Both the position numbers and the translations under genes were made by a program. The notes under the pieces are model-generated. The model saw only the letters and a program-made list of their open reading frames with translations, did not search any database and was not told the DNA's origin. Shown in pieces: positions 9,548 through 18,922 of a stretch of DNA of 64,000 bases. The DNA comes from Chloroflexota bacterium (GTDB lineage: Bacteria > Chloroflexota > Anaerolineae > Aggregatilineales > J027): assembly GCA_016234595.1 (NCBI GenBank), contig JACRBG010000011.1, forward strand, positions 37,227 to 101,226, written 5' to 3'. Each line of letters opens with the position of its first letter. The stretch's first letter is position 1.

Positions 9548-10219
9548 TTAGATATGGTAGTCCATGACAGCCATTTCATGAGTGAGCAGCATGTCTAGGG
9601 ATGCTTGAGACTCGAGCTGTTCCAAGCGGGCTATGATCATTTCTATTCTTTCGGAAATCACGTCGGGCAAATTGCCATGTTGAAAATCTAAAGGTTCGGG
9701 CAGGATAGTGGATTCCATACGCACGATTGGTTTGCCGGGGATGCCAACCACCACTGAATGGGCTGGGGTATCTTTGATGACGACTGAATTAGCGCCGACC
9801 CGTGTGCCTTCGCCAATCGTAATCGCCCCTAGGATTTTGGCCCCAGCCCCAACGACCACGCGCGATTCTAAGGTAGGATGGCGTTTACCATGCGTCAGGC
9901 TGACCCCACCCAACGTAACCCCGTGATAGAGGGTGACATCCGCACCGATTTCAGCCGTTTCCCCAATCACCACCCCCATGCCATGATCAATGAACAGGCG
10001 CGGCCCGATTTTGGCGGCAGGGTGGATTTCGATGCCCGTTATAAAACGACTCATCGCAGCGATGGCTTCGGCCAAAAATCGCCGTCTTCTAAGCCATAGC
10101 CAATGGGATAAACGATGGGCCCAAACCGCATGGATGCCGGGATAAAACAACACGATTTGCAGCCAATGACGGGCGGCAGGGTCACGTTCTAGTACCGAGC
10201 GGATGTCTTCACGAAACAA
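9548..10219 (-). CDS. cysE: Serine O-acetyltransferase
   Basis: [36 protein letters not shown]; TTG start right after the cysK stop. Confidence 0.95.
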   Translation of the reverse strand: MFREDIRSVLERDPAARHWLQIVLFYPGIHAVWAHRLSHWLWLRRRRFLAEAIAAMSRFITGIEIHPAAKIGPRLFIDHGMGVVIGETAEIGADVTLYHGVTLGGVSLTHGKRHPTLESRVVVGAGAKILGAITIGEGTRVGANSVVIKDTPAHSVVVGIPGKPIVRMESTILPEPLDFQHGNLPDVISERIEMIIARLEQLESQASLDMLLTHEMAVMDYHI

Positions 10220-10222
10220 GAG

Positions 10223-11155
10223 CTAGTCCTCCAGATGGGCATACAACGCGGTTGATAGATAACGTTCGCCGAAGGAGGGGATGATGACGACCAGCAATTT
10301 ACCAGCATTTTCGGGGCGGGCAGCAACTTGTAACGCGGCCCAGACGGCTGCACCAGAAGATATGCCCACCAGCAGCCCTTCTTCGGTTGCCAGACGACGG
10401 GCGAGGGTGAAAGCATCATCCCCGGCGACAGTTACGATTTCATCATAAATATGGGTGTTCAAAATCCCCGGCACAAAACCCGCCCCAATGCCTTGAATGG
10501 GGTGTGGCCCTTTTTGTCCACCGGATAGGACGGGTGAGGCGGCTGGTTCGACGGCAATCAACTGGATGGAAGGTTTGCGGGCTTTGAGGACTTCACCTAC
10601 ACCCGTAATGGTTCCACCAGTGCCAATGCCGGAGACTAGAAAGTCAATTTGCCCGTCGGTATCGCGCCAGATTTCTTCGGCAGTGGTGGCCCGATGAATG
10701 GCGGGGTTGGCGGGGTTTTCGAACTGCTGGGGAATCCAGACATTGGGGTCGGCAGCGGCGAGTTCGTTGGCTTTGGCAATCGCGCCCGCCATGCCATTGG
10801 TTCCCGGCGTCAGGATGAGTTCAGCCCCATAGGCCCGTAGTAATTTGCGACGTTCCTTGCTCATGGTATCAGGCATGGTCAAAATGAGCCGATAGCCGCG
10901 TTGGGCACAGACCATTGCCAGCGCGATGCCCGTGTTGCCGCTGGTGGGTTCGACGATGATGGTATCGGGGTTGATTTTGCCTTCGCGTTCACCTGCCTCA
11001 ATCATAGCAACGCCGATGCGATCTTTGACGCTGTGGGCTGGATTAAAAAACTCCAATTTCGCTACCACCTGCGCGGATAGGCCGGATGTTACTTTGTTCA
11101 ACTTGACGAGGGGGGTATTGCCAATCAGTTCTGTGACATTATTTGCGATTTTCAT
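10223..11155 (-). CDS. cysK: Cysteine synthase A
   Basis: [36 protein letters not shown]. Confidence 0.97.
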   Translation of the reverse strand: MKIANNVTELIGNTPLVKLNKVTSGLSAQVVAKLEFFNPAHSVKDRIGVAMIEAGEREGKINPDTIIVEPTSGNTGIALAMVCAQRGYRLILTMPDTMSKERRKLLRAYGAELILTPGTNGMAGAIAKANELAAADPNVWIPQQFENPANPAIHRATTAEEIWRDTDGQIDFLVSGIGTGGTITGVGEVLKARKPSIQLIAVEPAASPVLSGGQKGPHPIQGIGAGFVPGILNTHIYDEIVTVAGDDAFTLARRLATEEGLLVGISSGAAVWAALQVAARPENAGKLLVVIIPSFGERYLSTALYAHLED

Positions 11156-11174
11156 GTGATCTCCCGAATGATGG

Positions 11175-11210
11175 AAAATAAAAACGAGCCACCCATATTT
11201 GAGTGGCTCG
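11175..11210 (-). terminator. Attenuator terminator upstream of cysK
   Basis: Minus strand CGAGCCAC-UCAAAUAUGG-GUGGCUCG followed by UUUUUAUUUU. Confidence 0.85.
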
Positions 11211-11242
11211 CTGTTTACCGATGGTTATCCAATCAGCAGTAT

Positions 11243-11323
11243 TCATCCCACCCAATGGGTGCGTCTGGTGTCACTTTCACAAGAACACATACAGAATAGT
11301 TGTTGATGAAACATGCTGCTCAT
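11243..11323 (-). CDS. Cys-rich leader peptide of the cysK-cysE operon (26 aa; 23 aa if started at ATG 11314)
   Basis: Own translation MSSMFHQQLFCMCSCESDTRRTHWVG*; three Cys codons in five positions; stop about 30 nt before the terminator. Confidence 0.75.
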   Translation of the reverse strand: MSSMFHQQLFCMCSCESDTRRTHWVG

Positions 11324-11434
11324 TGATTGATTTGATTGAAATTACTCAGGCAAGTATAGCTGAGAGATGCTAGGTCGCCAATTAGGATAATCATCCAAAT
11401 ATAGGGTTGTGGAAAAAAACGAGCCACCTGCGCT

Positions 11435-12316
11435 TTACACCACGCCTCGATCACGAGTTTGGCTCATGAGATGGATATAACCATCTTCCAAACTTGGTTC
11501 AGTGGGTATGGCATTTGGAAAAGCCGCCGCATCGCCAATAACACGATATTGGGTTCCTTGGGCTAATTGCAGCATGGAGACCACATTCAAACCATGATTG
11601 GGTCGCTGCCCGTCTGTTACAATATTCCAGACCTGCCCGCGCGTTTTTTGAATCAACTCGGTAGGCGCTCCACGAAACAGCACGGCTCCGTTATACATGA
11701 TGGCGAGATCATGGCAGCTTTGGCTGATGTCTTCAATGATATGGGTGGACAAAATCACGGTGGCGTTTTCGGCTAGTTCAGAAAATAAGTTGCGCAGTCG
11801 TACCCGTTCTTCGGGGTCAAGTCCGGCTGTTGGTTCGTCCACAATAATGAGTTGGGGGTTGCCAATAAGCGCTTGGGCGATGCCGATACGCCGTTTCATA
11901 CCCCCCGAATAGGTCTTGAGTCGCCGTTCAGCCACCTCGGTGAGATGAACTTTTTCCAGAACGGCTTGGACTTGGTGTTGGCGTTGCTGCCGATGGGTCA
12001 CACCTTTAAGAATGGCGACATAGTCTAAAAACTCGGCTCCAGTCAGATGAGGATAGAGGCCCAATTCTTGGGGGAGATAGCCTAACAGAGCTTTGGCGGC
12101 CTGTTTGCCTTTAAGGGTGTGAATATCGTACCCATTGACCTCGACTCGACCGGCTGTCCAATGCAGTAACCCAGCGATAATGCGCATTAGGGTGGTTTTG
12201 CCTGCGCCATTTGGGCCAACCAAGCCAAACATGCCCGTTCCGATTTCAAGGGAAACATCGTGTAAGGCTGTAATGTTGCCTTTATAAACTTTGGTGAGGT
12301 GTTCAATTTTGATCAT
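11435..12316 (-). CDS. ABC transporter ATP-binding protein (DrrA/CcmA-like exporter)
   Basis: GPNGAGKTT, YSGGMKRR, IVDEPT. Confidence 0.95.
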   Translation of the reverse strand: MIKIEHLTKVYKGNITALHDVSLEIGTGMFGLVGPNGAGKTTLMRIIAGLLHWTAGRVEVNGYDIHTLKGKQAAKALLGYLPQELGLYPHLTGAEFLDYVAILKGVTHRQQRQHQVQAVLEKVHLTEVAERRLKTYSGGMKRRIGIAQALIGNPQLIIVDEPTAGLDPEERVRLRNLFSELAENATVILSTHIIEDISQSCHDLAIMYNGAVLFRGAPTELIQKTRGQVWNIVTDGQRPNHGLNVVSMLQLAQGTQYRVIGDAAAFPNAIPTEPSLEDGYIHLMSQTRDRGVV

Positions 12317-13132
12317 TTAATGCTGCTCCTTCCAACGTAGCCAGCACCACATCACAATTCCAATCATGATGAGTTCTCCGATACCGACTACCGCTGTAAC
12401 AATGGCATCGGCGAGTGCGCCGGATTGGTTAACCCGCGTATAGTAGGCAAAAATCGGCCAACGCAGCGGACTCATAAAATCCCAAAGGCTATTGGTTGCG
12501 TTCGTATTGGCATCGAGGCCAAGAAAATTTGGCAGGATAAACATAACCCCGATTGTCAGCAGCACAGCCCTAAGACGATTGGGTTGGGTTGCCCCTAACA
12601 AAACACCTAACCCGCCATTGAGCACGGTCAGTGCACCAAGACCCAACACCCACATGCTGATATAGGGCAGAGGTTGGTAGCTCCCTAGGAAAAACCACCA
12701 CAACACCCCGGTGATGACCATGAGGACAAAATTACCCCACAACACAGCAGCCCATACCCCCATGACTTTGCCTAATACATAGGTGCCACGGGTCACGGGG
12801 AAACTATGGAACAATTCTGAGACCCCGCTTTGGCGATCAAGGGGAATGGTATCTGCGATGCCAATGGGCAAAATAAAGCCGAGGGTTGCCGCGCCAACAA
12901 ACCATGTCGAAAAGATGGTGAACCACGTGTTCAATTCGGCATCCGACAGACCGGTCTCGTCTTTGACTGGCTCATAAACGTTTTTCTCAAAGTCCTCCGT
13001 GTGTTGTAGCAGGCTGGTGATGACGATGAGGACAAAGAGAGCAAGCATCATGACTTTTAAGGCCCGCCGCCGCCAGTGCATTTTCAATTCATACCAAATC
13101 ATGCCACGTAGCTGATATAGTGTTGTGCTCAT
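12317..13132 (-). CDS. ABC-2 type permease
   Basis: About six hydrophobic segments, ELFHSFPVTRGTYVLGKV, adjacent to the ATPase. Confidence 0.8.
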   Translation of the reverse strand: MSTTLYQLRGMIWYELKMHWRRRALKVMMLALFVLIVITSLLQHTEDFEKNVYEPVKDETGLSDAELNTWFTIFSTWFVGAATLGFILPIGIADTIPLDRQSGVSELFHSFPVTRGTYVLGKVMGVWAAVLWGNFVLMVITGVLWWFFLGSYQPLPYISMWVLGLGALTVLNGGLGVLLGATQPNRLRAVLLTIGVMFILPNFLGLDANTNATNSLWDFMSPLRWPIFAYYTRVNQSGALADAIVTAVVGIGELIMIGIVMWCWLRWKEQH

Positions 13133-13944
13133 CGTCCCTCCGTTGCTTTTGAGCCTGTAGAGCTTTGTTTGGAAGTCGCCCCCAAAAGAACGGCTTCTTC
13201 ATCGCGTAGATAGGTCACGGCCCGACCGATTAAAAACCACCCGATCAGAGCTATCAGGGCGCGGTTAACCCAATAATCGTGCCAGCCTAAGTCATGTGGC
13301 TGTAAAAAGGGGTGGATTGCCCACAAATAGGGCTGAGGATAATGCAACAGTGAAATAACCCGCATACCGGGGAGCAGCAGCGGGCCAAACAATAGCCCGG
13401 TGAACCATACCACTGCCGTGATTGCCACACCAAAAGCGAGTACACGCGATTTGAGAGTTGTGTAGGCTCCTACACCCATGAGCAAAATGGTGGGAGGTAA
13501 CCAACGAACAAGGGCCAAACCTAGCATATGGTCATTGAAAAACAGAAAACCAATCAGGACGCCGAACAACACCGCTATTATCTGAAATAAGAAGGCAAGG
13601 CCTAACCGCTCGGCCAATATCCATGCGACGGGCCGGGGATAGGTCAATAGGATTTCGAGGGCATTTTCATCGGCTGGGGAAAACAAAACGGCGGCTTGAA
13701 TACCCATTATCAAGGGGATGACGGCCTCCACGATGCGACTTTTATCATGCCAAAGCCCAAATTCGCTATTGCTGGAAAAGAGCAAAGTCATGCTCCCCAT
13801 ACTGATCAACAACCCCCAGATACCCACCGTGCGGAACGCGGCTCGTACAGTAAGTTGGGTGCGGTATTGTTGGAAGGTCTGGAAAGCCAGCCCGCCGTTC
13901 CAGACGGCTAGGGTAGCCAACCCAATTAAGGCAAGATAAATCAT
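13129..13944 (-). CDS. ABC-2 type permease-like membrane protein
   Basis: True start at ATG 13944 (MIYLALIG), overlapping the upstream TGA; EILLTYPRP...ERL motif; multiple TM segments. Confidence 0.75.
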   Translation of the reverse strand: MIYLALIGLATLAVWNGGLAFQTFQQYRTQLTVRAAFRTVGIWGLLISMGSMTLLFSSNSEFGLWHDKSRIVEAVIPLIMGIQAAVLFSPADENALEILLTYPRPVAWILAERLGLAFLFQIIAVLFGVLIGFLFFNDHMLGLALVRWLPPTILLMGVGAYTTLKSRVLAFGVAITAVVWFTGLLFGPLLLPGMRVISLLHYPQPYLWAIHPFLQPHDLGWHDYWVNRALIALIGWFLIGRAVTYLRDEEAVLLGATSKQSSTGSKATEGR

Positions 13945-14774
13945 GCTAACTCCCGGTCGGATTTTTCGAGAAACAAAAACGTTGTCAAGAGGGCCAGCGC
14001 GGCTGCTACCAATAGGAATGGGCGGGTACTTGCTTCGCGCAGACCGGGCATCGAAAGGGCATAAATAATGGCTTGGGTAGGCTTCGCTTGGGTGAGCAGG
14101 ACATGGGCGCTCCATATGACCAATGATGTCGCTATGCTGAAGGGTGTGTTGCGCAGAACGACACTCATCAGAAAGGCGATGGATGATAAAAAGGTCATGG
14201 GCAGCAGCCAAGCCAAAATCAGGGGGCCAAGTGAGATTTCAGACCGCGTCAGGGCCAAGAGAATGCTGCCACCTAAGGTCATCACCAGATTGAAGCTAAA
14301 GATGAGCAGCAGACGAGCTAACAAGATTAAAAGGATACCCGCCGGGGTTGCATCTTCGATTTCAAGCTGGGTTTCGTATTCAGCGTCATAGAGCAAAGCC
14401 ACACCAATTGCCGCCATGACTGGAGCAAAAATAACCAGCGGAGCAAAAGTGTCGGTGTTGGGTTGATAGGATACGAAAGTGACCAAGGTGCCCAGTAAGA
14501 TAACCAAGGCTGAGGCGGCCCATAGTTCTTTGCGAATAATGCGCAACTGACTTTGCAATATGAGCCACACCCAACGTGAATTGAGTCGTTGGCCGGTGGT
14601 TGAAGCTAGGCTCTCGTTGGAGAGTTGATGGAGTAGTTTTTGAATTTCGGTATTAGAAGCTGGTGGATTAGGCCATTGTTGCAAGGCTTGCATAGCGCTG
14701 ATGAGGGCCTCTGCTGCTTCATCCGAGCCAGTATCTTCGATTAACATAGTGAGTAAATGATTGGGGGCGGTCAT
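13941..14774 (-). CDS. Membrane protein, putative anti-sigma factor / permease-like
   Basis: Coupled (ATGA) to the ECF sigma gene; soluble N-terminus then about six TM segments. Confidence 0.65.
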   Translation of the reverse strand: MTAPNHLLTMLIEDTGSDEAAEALISAMQALQQWPNPPASNTEIQKLLHQLSNESLASTTGQRLNSRWVWLILQSQLRIIRKELWAASALVILLGTLVTFVSYQPNTDTFAPLVIFAPVMAAIGVALLYDAEYETQLEIEDATPAGILLILLARLLLIFSFNLVMTLGGSILLALTRSEISLGPLILAWLLPMTFLSSIAFLMSVVLRNTPFSIATSLVIWSAHVLLTQAKPTQAIIYALSMPGLREASTRPFLLVAAALALLTTFLFLEKSDRELA

Positions 14775-15319
14775 GCTGATTCCTCCATCAACTCACGCAG
14801 GCGTCGCAGGCCAATGCTCAATCGTGATTTGACTGTGCCTTCGGGGATTTTGAGCACCTCCGCGATTTGGGCCAACGGCATCTCTTCGTAATAGCGCAAG
14901 ACGATTGCTTCGCGTTGATGCAGAGGCAGTTGGGCGAGGGCATGGGTGACTTGGCGGGTTGCTTCACTTATGACCAACTGCGCCTCCGGTAAGGGCGCGG
15001 CGTCGGTTAGGTTATGCCAATCCATTTCCGATGCGGTGATCGTATGACGGGTATCGGCTTGTTCAAAATGATGGCGCACAAGGTTGGTGGCAATCGCGTA
15101 GAGCCATGCTTTAAAAGGGCGTGGATATTGATATTGATGAATATTCCGCAGGGCACGCAAAAATGTTTCTTGGGCCATGTCTTCACTCAGCAGCAAATTT
15201 CCATTGGTCATGCGATAGAGATAGCCTTTTAACAGGCTGTAATGGCGTTCTACCAGCACCCCCAAATCCGGAGTACGCCCTTGTTGGATTCCTTGTGCCA
15301 GTGCTTCGTCGGTTTGCAA
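14771..15319 (-). CDS. ECF (sigma-70 group 4) RNA polymerase sigma factor
   Basis: EDMAQETFLRA, FKAWLYAIATN, LPLHQREAIVLRYYEEMPLAQIAEVLKIPEGTVKSRL; TTG 15319 with AGGAG RBS. Confidence 0.93.
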   Translation of the reverse strand: MQTDEALAQGIQQGRTPDLGVLVERHYSLLKGYLYRMTNGNLLLSEDMAQETFLRALRNIHQYQYPRPFKAWLYAIATNLVRHHFEQADTRHTITASEMDWHNLTDAAPLPEAQLVISEATRQVTHALAQLPLHQREAIVLRYYEEMPLAQIAEVLKIPEGTVKSRLSIGLRRLRELMEESA

Positions 15320-15393
15320 ACCCGATTTACTCCTATGGGCTATCAACACCCTATATCGGATGACCGCGAAAAAGTTCACATAAATATACAAAC

Positions 15394-15423
15394 AAAAAAT
15401 GGGAAGCGAGTGGTGCTTCCCAT
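15394..15423 (-). terminator. Terminator of the sugar ABC operon
   Basis: atgggaagc / gcttcccat stem, U-tract on the minus strand. Confidence 0.6.
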
Positions 15424-15453
15424 GGGGTATTTTTATTTAGGGACGGAATTTGT

Positions 15454-16401
15454 CTAACCCTTCACTGCTCCTGCGGTAATGCCTTTGATGATTTCACGTT
15501 GGGCAAGGAAATAAAAGGCCAATATGGGCAGGGTCGCCATCGTGAGGACACTAAACATGCGGTCAAAATGGGTAATGCCCAAGGCTGAAACCATTGATAA
15601 CGTGCCAAGCGGTAATGTGTAGGCGTCGTTATTGGCCCCAATGAACGTCAGAGCAAACAGATATTCGTTCCACGCACTCACTGCGCTTAAAATGACAACC
15701 GTGGCGATGGCTGGTCGGGCTAAGGGTAGCATGATTGACCAGAAAATACGGGCAGAGGAACAGCCATCTACCCGGGCGGCGTCTTCGAGTTCGCTAGGGA
15801 TTTTGGTGAAAAAGTCACGCAAGATGAAGATTGAGACGGGCAGGTTGAAACTGATAAATGGCACAATCAGGGCCGTCAGGGTATTTAACCAATGCAAATC
15901 GCGCAGCATGGTGTAGAGCGGAATAAGGGTGACATGCACGGGAATCATTGTGCCTGCGAGGAACATATAGAATAGCAGGTTACTACCCTTGAATTTTATC
16001 CGGGCAAAAACAAAAGCAGCCATAGCCGCAATTATCGTGAGCAAGGGCACGCTGACCAATACTACAATCAGGTTGTTTTGATAGTAGTTTAGGAAAGTAT
16101 CATTGTGAATCAATTCGCGATAGTTATCGAAAGACACCCCCGTCGGCAACGCCCACACATTTTTGACCAATTCGCGGGTGGGTTTAAAAGATGAGTAGAC
16201 CATCCAAACTAACGGATACCCAAAAATCACCGCAAAAAACATAGCAATTGGATACATCCACAGACTCATCAATGTATTTTTAAATAGCCGCCTGAAAAAG
16301 CGTTTCCAGTGCATGTGTCGCAATAATTCACCGAGGTTACTCAGCGGCAAGAGTAGCTTCTTGGTTAGAGTATTCGCACTTTGCTGTTTGGTTAACGACA
16401 T
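15454..16401 (-). CDS. Carbohydrate ABC transporter permease
   Basis: EAA loop ELEDAARVDG; CUT1-type TM pattern. Confidence 0.93.
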   Translation of the reverse strand: MSLTKQQSANTLTKKLLLPLSNLGELLRHMHWKRFFRRLFKNTLMSLWMYPIAMFFAVIFGYPLVWMVYSSFKPTRELVKNVWALPTGVSFDNYRELIHNDTFLNYYQNNLIVVLVSVPLLTIIAAMAAFVFARIKFKGSNLLFYMFLAGTMIPVHVTLIPLYTMLRDLHWLNTLTALIVPFISFNLPVSIFILRDFFTKIPSELEDAARVDGCSSARIFWSIMLPLARPAIATVVILSAVSAWNEYLFALTFIGANNDAYTLPLGTLSMVSALGITHFDRMFSVLTMATLPILAFYFLAQREIIKGITAGAVKG

Positions 16402-16414
16402 AGGTGGCTCCAGA

Positions 16415-17329
16415 CTAGGTGTCTTTTTTCTGACGGGTGAAAAAGATAAATGTGATGGCGATTACGAACGCAATCAAAAACAGAGCAAAGGCGACGGTGC
16501 TGCCATAGCCCCAGTTGTTGGAACTGAACGCCTCTTTAAACATATAGGTCGCCACTAGTTCGCTGGCGTGCGAAGGGCCACCTTGACTTAACACCCAGAC
16601 TAGATCAAATGATTTGAGCGCCCCTACGATGATGAGCACCGATGAGACGCGGATGGTCGGGATTAACTGGGGAATAGTGATATAGCGGTGACGCTGAAAG
16701 GCATTGGCCCCATCAATGCTGGCCGCTTCATAATATTCATCAGGGATGCCTTGGATAGCCGCGATAAAAATGACGATATAAAAACCGAGATAACGCCATG
16801 TTGCCACCACCAAAATACACATCAAGACTAGTTTTTCATCACCCAGCCAGCCTTGTTTGTCGAGCCCTAATTCAACAAGGGCCGCATTCGCCATACCAAA
16901 AAAGGGCTGGTAAATCCATCGCCAAATGACGCCCACAATCACCTCAGATAAGACCATTGGGGCAAAATAGAGGGTGCGAAAAAAGGATGACCCCTTAAGA
17001 CCGCGAGTGAGCAACAAAGCTAGACCAATACCCAGTGGAATTTGAGTGCCCAACGACCAAATTACAACGATGCCATTATTTTTAAGGGCCTTCCAGAAAA
17101 TTTTGTCGTGGAGCAGTTCCTGATAATTGCTGAGGCCGATGTAATCCGACAATGGCCCAACGCCGTTCCAATCATAGAGGCTGTAACGCACGGACTTGAC
17201 GATAGGCCAGAGGACAAAAATGCTAAAAATTAGTATGGCGGGCGCTAAAAACACGATAGCCGTCTTTTGCGGCTCACTTAATCGAATGGTGGGCTTTCGA
17301 TTCTTTAAGACTTGGCTGATGGTTGCCAT
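16415..17329 (-). CDS. Carbohydrate ABC transporter permease
   Basis: EAA loop EYYEAASIDGA; YIGLSNY, RTLYFAP. Confidence 0.93.
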   Translation of the reverse strand: MATISQVLKNRKPTIRLSEPQKTAIVFLAPAILIFSIFVLWPIVKSVRYSLYDWNGVGPLSDYIGLSNYQELLHDKIFWKALKNNGIVVIWSLGTQIPLGIGLALLLTRGLKGSSFFRTLYFAPMVLSEVIVGVIWRWIYQPFFGMANAALVELGLDKQGWLGDEKLVLMCILVVATWRYLGFYIVIFIAAIQGIPDEYYEAASIDGANAFQRHRYITIPQLIPTIRVSSVLIIVGALKSFDLVWVLSQGGPSHASELVATYMFKEAFSSNNWGYGSTVAFALFLIAFVIAITFIFFTRQKKDT

Positions 17330-17346
17330 GGATTGCCTATCCTCTC

Positions 17347-17378
17347 AAAAAAAGGTGGGGCGCATTGGGATACGCCCC
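17347..17378 (-). terminator. Internal hairpin between binding-protein and permease genes
   Basis: ggggcg / cgcccc stem followed by a U7 run on the minus strand. Confidence 0.45.
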
Positions 17379-17400
17379 TGTGTCAAAACTAACGCAGTTT

Positions 17401-18693
17401 TTATTCGGCTCCGAGGATTTCGGCAGCCGCTGCTTCAGTCGCATCAGCCGCTTCTTCGGGCGTTGTGCTGAGACCGAATAGTTGTTGCGTGGTATCGAGG
17501 TGTACTTGGGCAAGCTCCGGCGGCAGGAATTGGTCATAGGCGAGTTGGACAAATGAGGCCTGACCGAGTAAGGAGGCCATCTTTTGCACAATCGGAACTT
17601 CGATGTTTTGGTCGAAACCCTTCAGAGCTGGGATGAAGCCGTTTTCGGCGGCTGCCAGACCAAATTCATCACTCCCCAACAGTTCCAACAAGGCAACATT
17701 GGCTTCGGCAGGTGCATCAGCCGAGATAGCGAAGGCCTGACCCGTACCACCAACCAGTGCATTGGGGTCGCCCCATTCGCTGTCGAGCAGCGGGAAGGGT
17801 ACGACATCTACACTATTTTCGGCAATTTCAGCGTCAACGTTGAGCAAACCGGCATAGTTCCAATCCCCTTGGAGTTCCATCGCGGCGAGACCCGTGCCAA
17901 ACAGCAGTTGCTCGTCGGGATAGTCTACCCCATTGAAGCCTTCACCAAAGCAACCCGCTTCAACCGCTTCTTGAATCTTGGCGCCCGCTTCAATAAAGGC
18001 TGGATCGGTGAACGAAGCACCTTCAACACGGTTATAGGCGTTCATGAAGGGTTCCGAACCCCCCGCGCGCAGCACGAGATTCATAAACCAGAACGAGCCA
18101 GTCCAACGGTTCACATTGCCCAAGGCAATCGGGATGATGCCGTTGTCACTGAAGGTTTCGCATGAGGAAATGAGGTCGTCCCATGTGGCAGGAGCGGTAA
18201 GGTCGAATTGTTCAAATAGGTCTTTGTTGTAGTAGAGGAATACACCAGCCAAGTTCGCGGGAACGGCATAGTGCTTGCCATCAAAAGTGGATGGGGCGAA
18301 GCCGCCAGCGATGAAATTAGCACCCAAATCGGTGTCCAATTCGGGAATATCCCGCACTACGCCACCCTCAACATAACTTTGCAACAACCCACCACCCCAC
18401 GTCATAAAGATGTCAGGTTGTTCACCAGCGGCAATTGCCACCTGAATTTGGGTTTTGAAGGCATCATTTTGGATGGCTTGGGCTTCAATTTGAACGTCCG
18501 TATGGGTGGCATTAAAGCGTTCAATCGCTGGGGGCAGCACAGAATAGAATGAATCTGATTCAACCGCGATATGCCACATGGTAATGATGGTGGGCGATTG
18601 TCGTGCTTCCACATGCCCTGCCGAAAGGGTAAGGATCATGCTCAGCGCCAGCGTACAAAAGAGAATCATCTTACGAGTTTTTTTCATGGTCAT
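17401..18693 (-). CDS. Sugar ABC transporter extracellular solute-binding protein
   Basis: Signal peptide, PDIF..WGG, DGKHYAVP, LYYNKDLF; start ATG 18693 after AGGAG. Confidence 0.92.
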   Translation of the reverse strand: MTMKKTRKMILFCTLALSMILTLSAGHVEARQSPTIITMWHIAVESDSFYSVLPPAIERFNATHTDVQIEAQAIQNDAFKTQIQVAIAAGEQPDIFMTWGGGLLQSYVEGGVVRDIPELDTDLGANFIAGGFAPSTFDGKHYAVPANLAGVFLYYNKDLFEQFDLTAPATWDDLISSCETFSDNGIIPIALGNVNRWTGSFWFMNLVLRAGGSEPFMNAYNRVEGASFTDPAFIEAGAKIQEAVEAGCFGEGFNGVDYPDEQLLFGTGLAAMELQGDWNYAGLLNVDAEIAENSVDVVPFPLLDSEWGDPNALVGGTGQAFAISADAPAEANVALLELLGSDEFGLAAAENGFIPALKGFDQNIEVPIVQKMASLLGQASFVQLAYDQFLPPELAQVHLDTTQQLFGLSTTPEEAADATEAAAAEILGAE

Positions 18694-18922
18694 AGTCTCC
18701 TGACTCCTAGCCGGAAAAAATAAAGGGTTTAGGGAAGTTGGCTTCAACGGCAATTTGCGAATGGCTCACCTCCTCGCCTCATCCAAAATGGGATGGGGTA
18801 TAATTTGTTGACTACCCTCAAGGATAGTGGGTGGAGGCTGCAATTCGACTGCCATCGTTCTGCCATAGTTATGTCAGGGGCGGTGTCAGAAATTTGAGTT
18901 TAGGGGTCAATCGTAGCGTGTT

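Noticed and set aside
11215-11260. T-box riboswitch upstream of cysK
   Set aside because: GGGTGG is present but the T-box ACCGCG continuation and a stem I specifier loop are not; the leader-peptide model fits better.
13945-14211. N-terminal extension of the 360-aa track ORF 13129-14211
   Set aside because: Overlaps the upstream gene in another frame; ATG 13944 gives a clean ATGA coupling.
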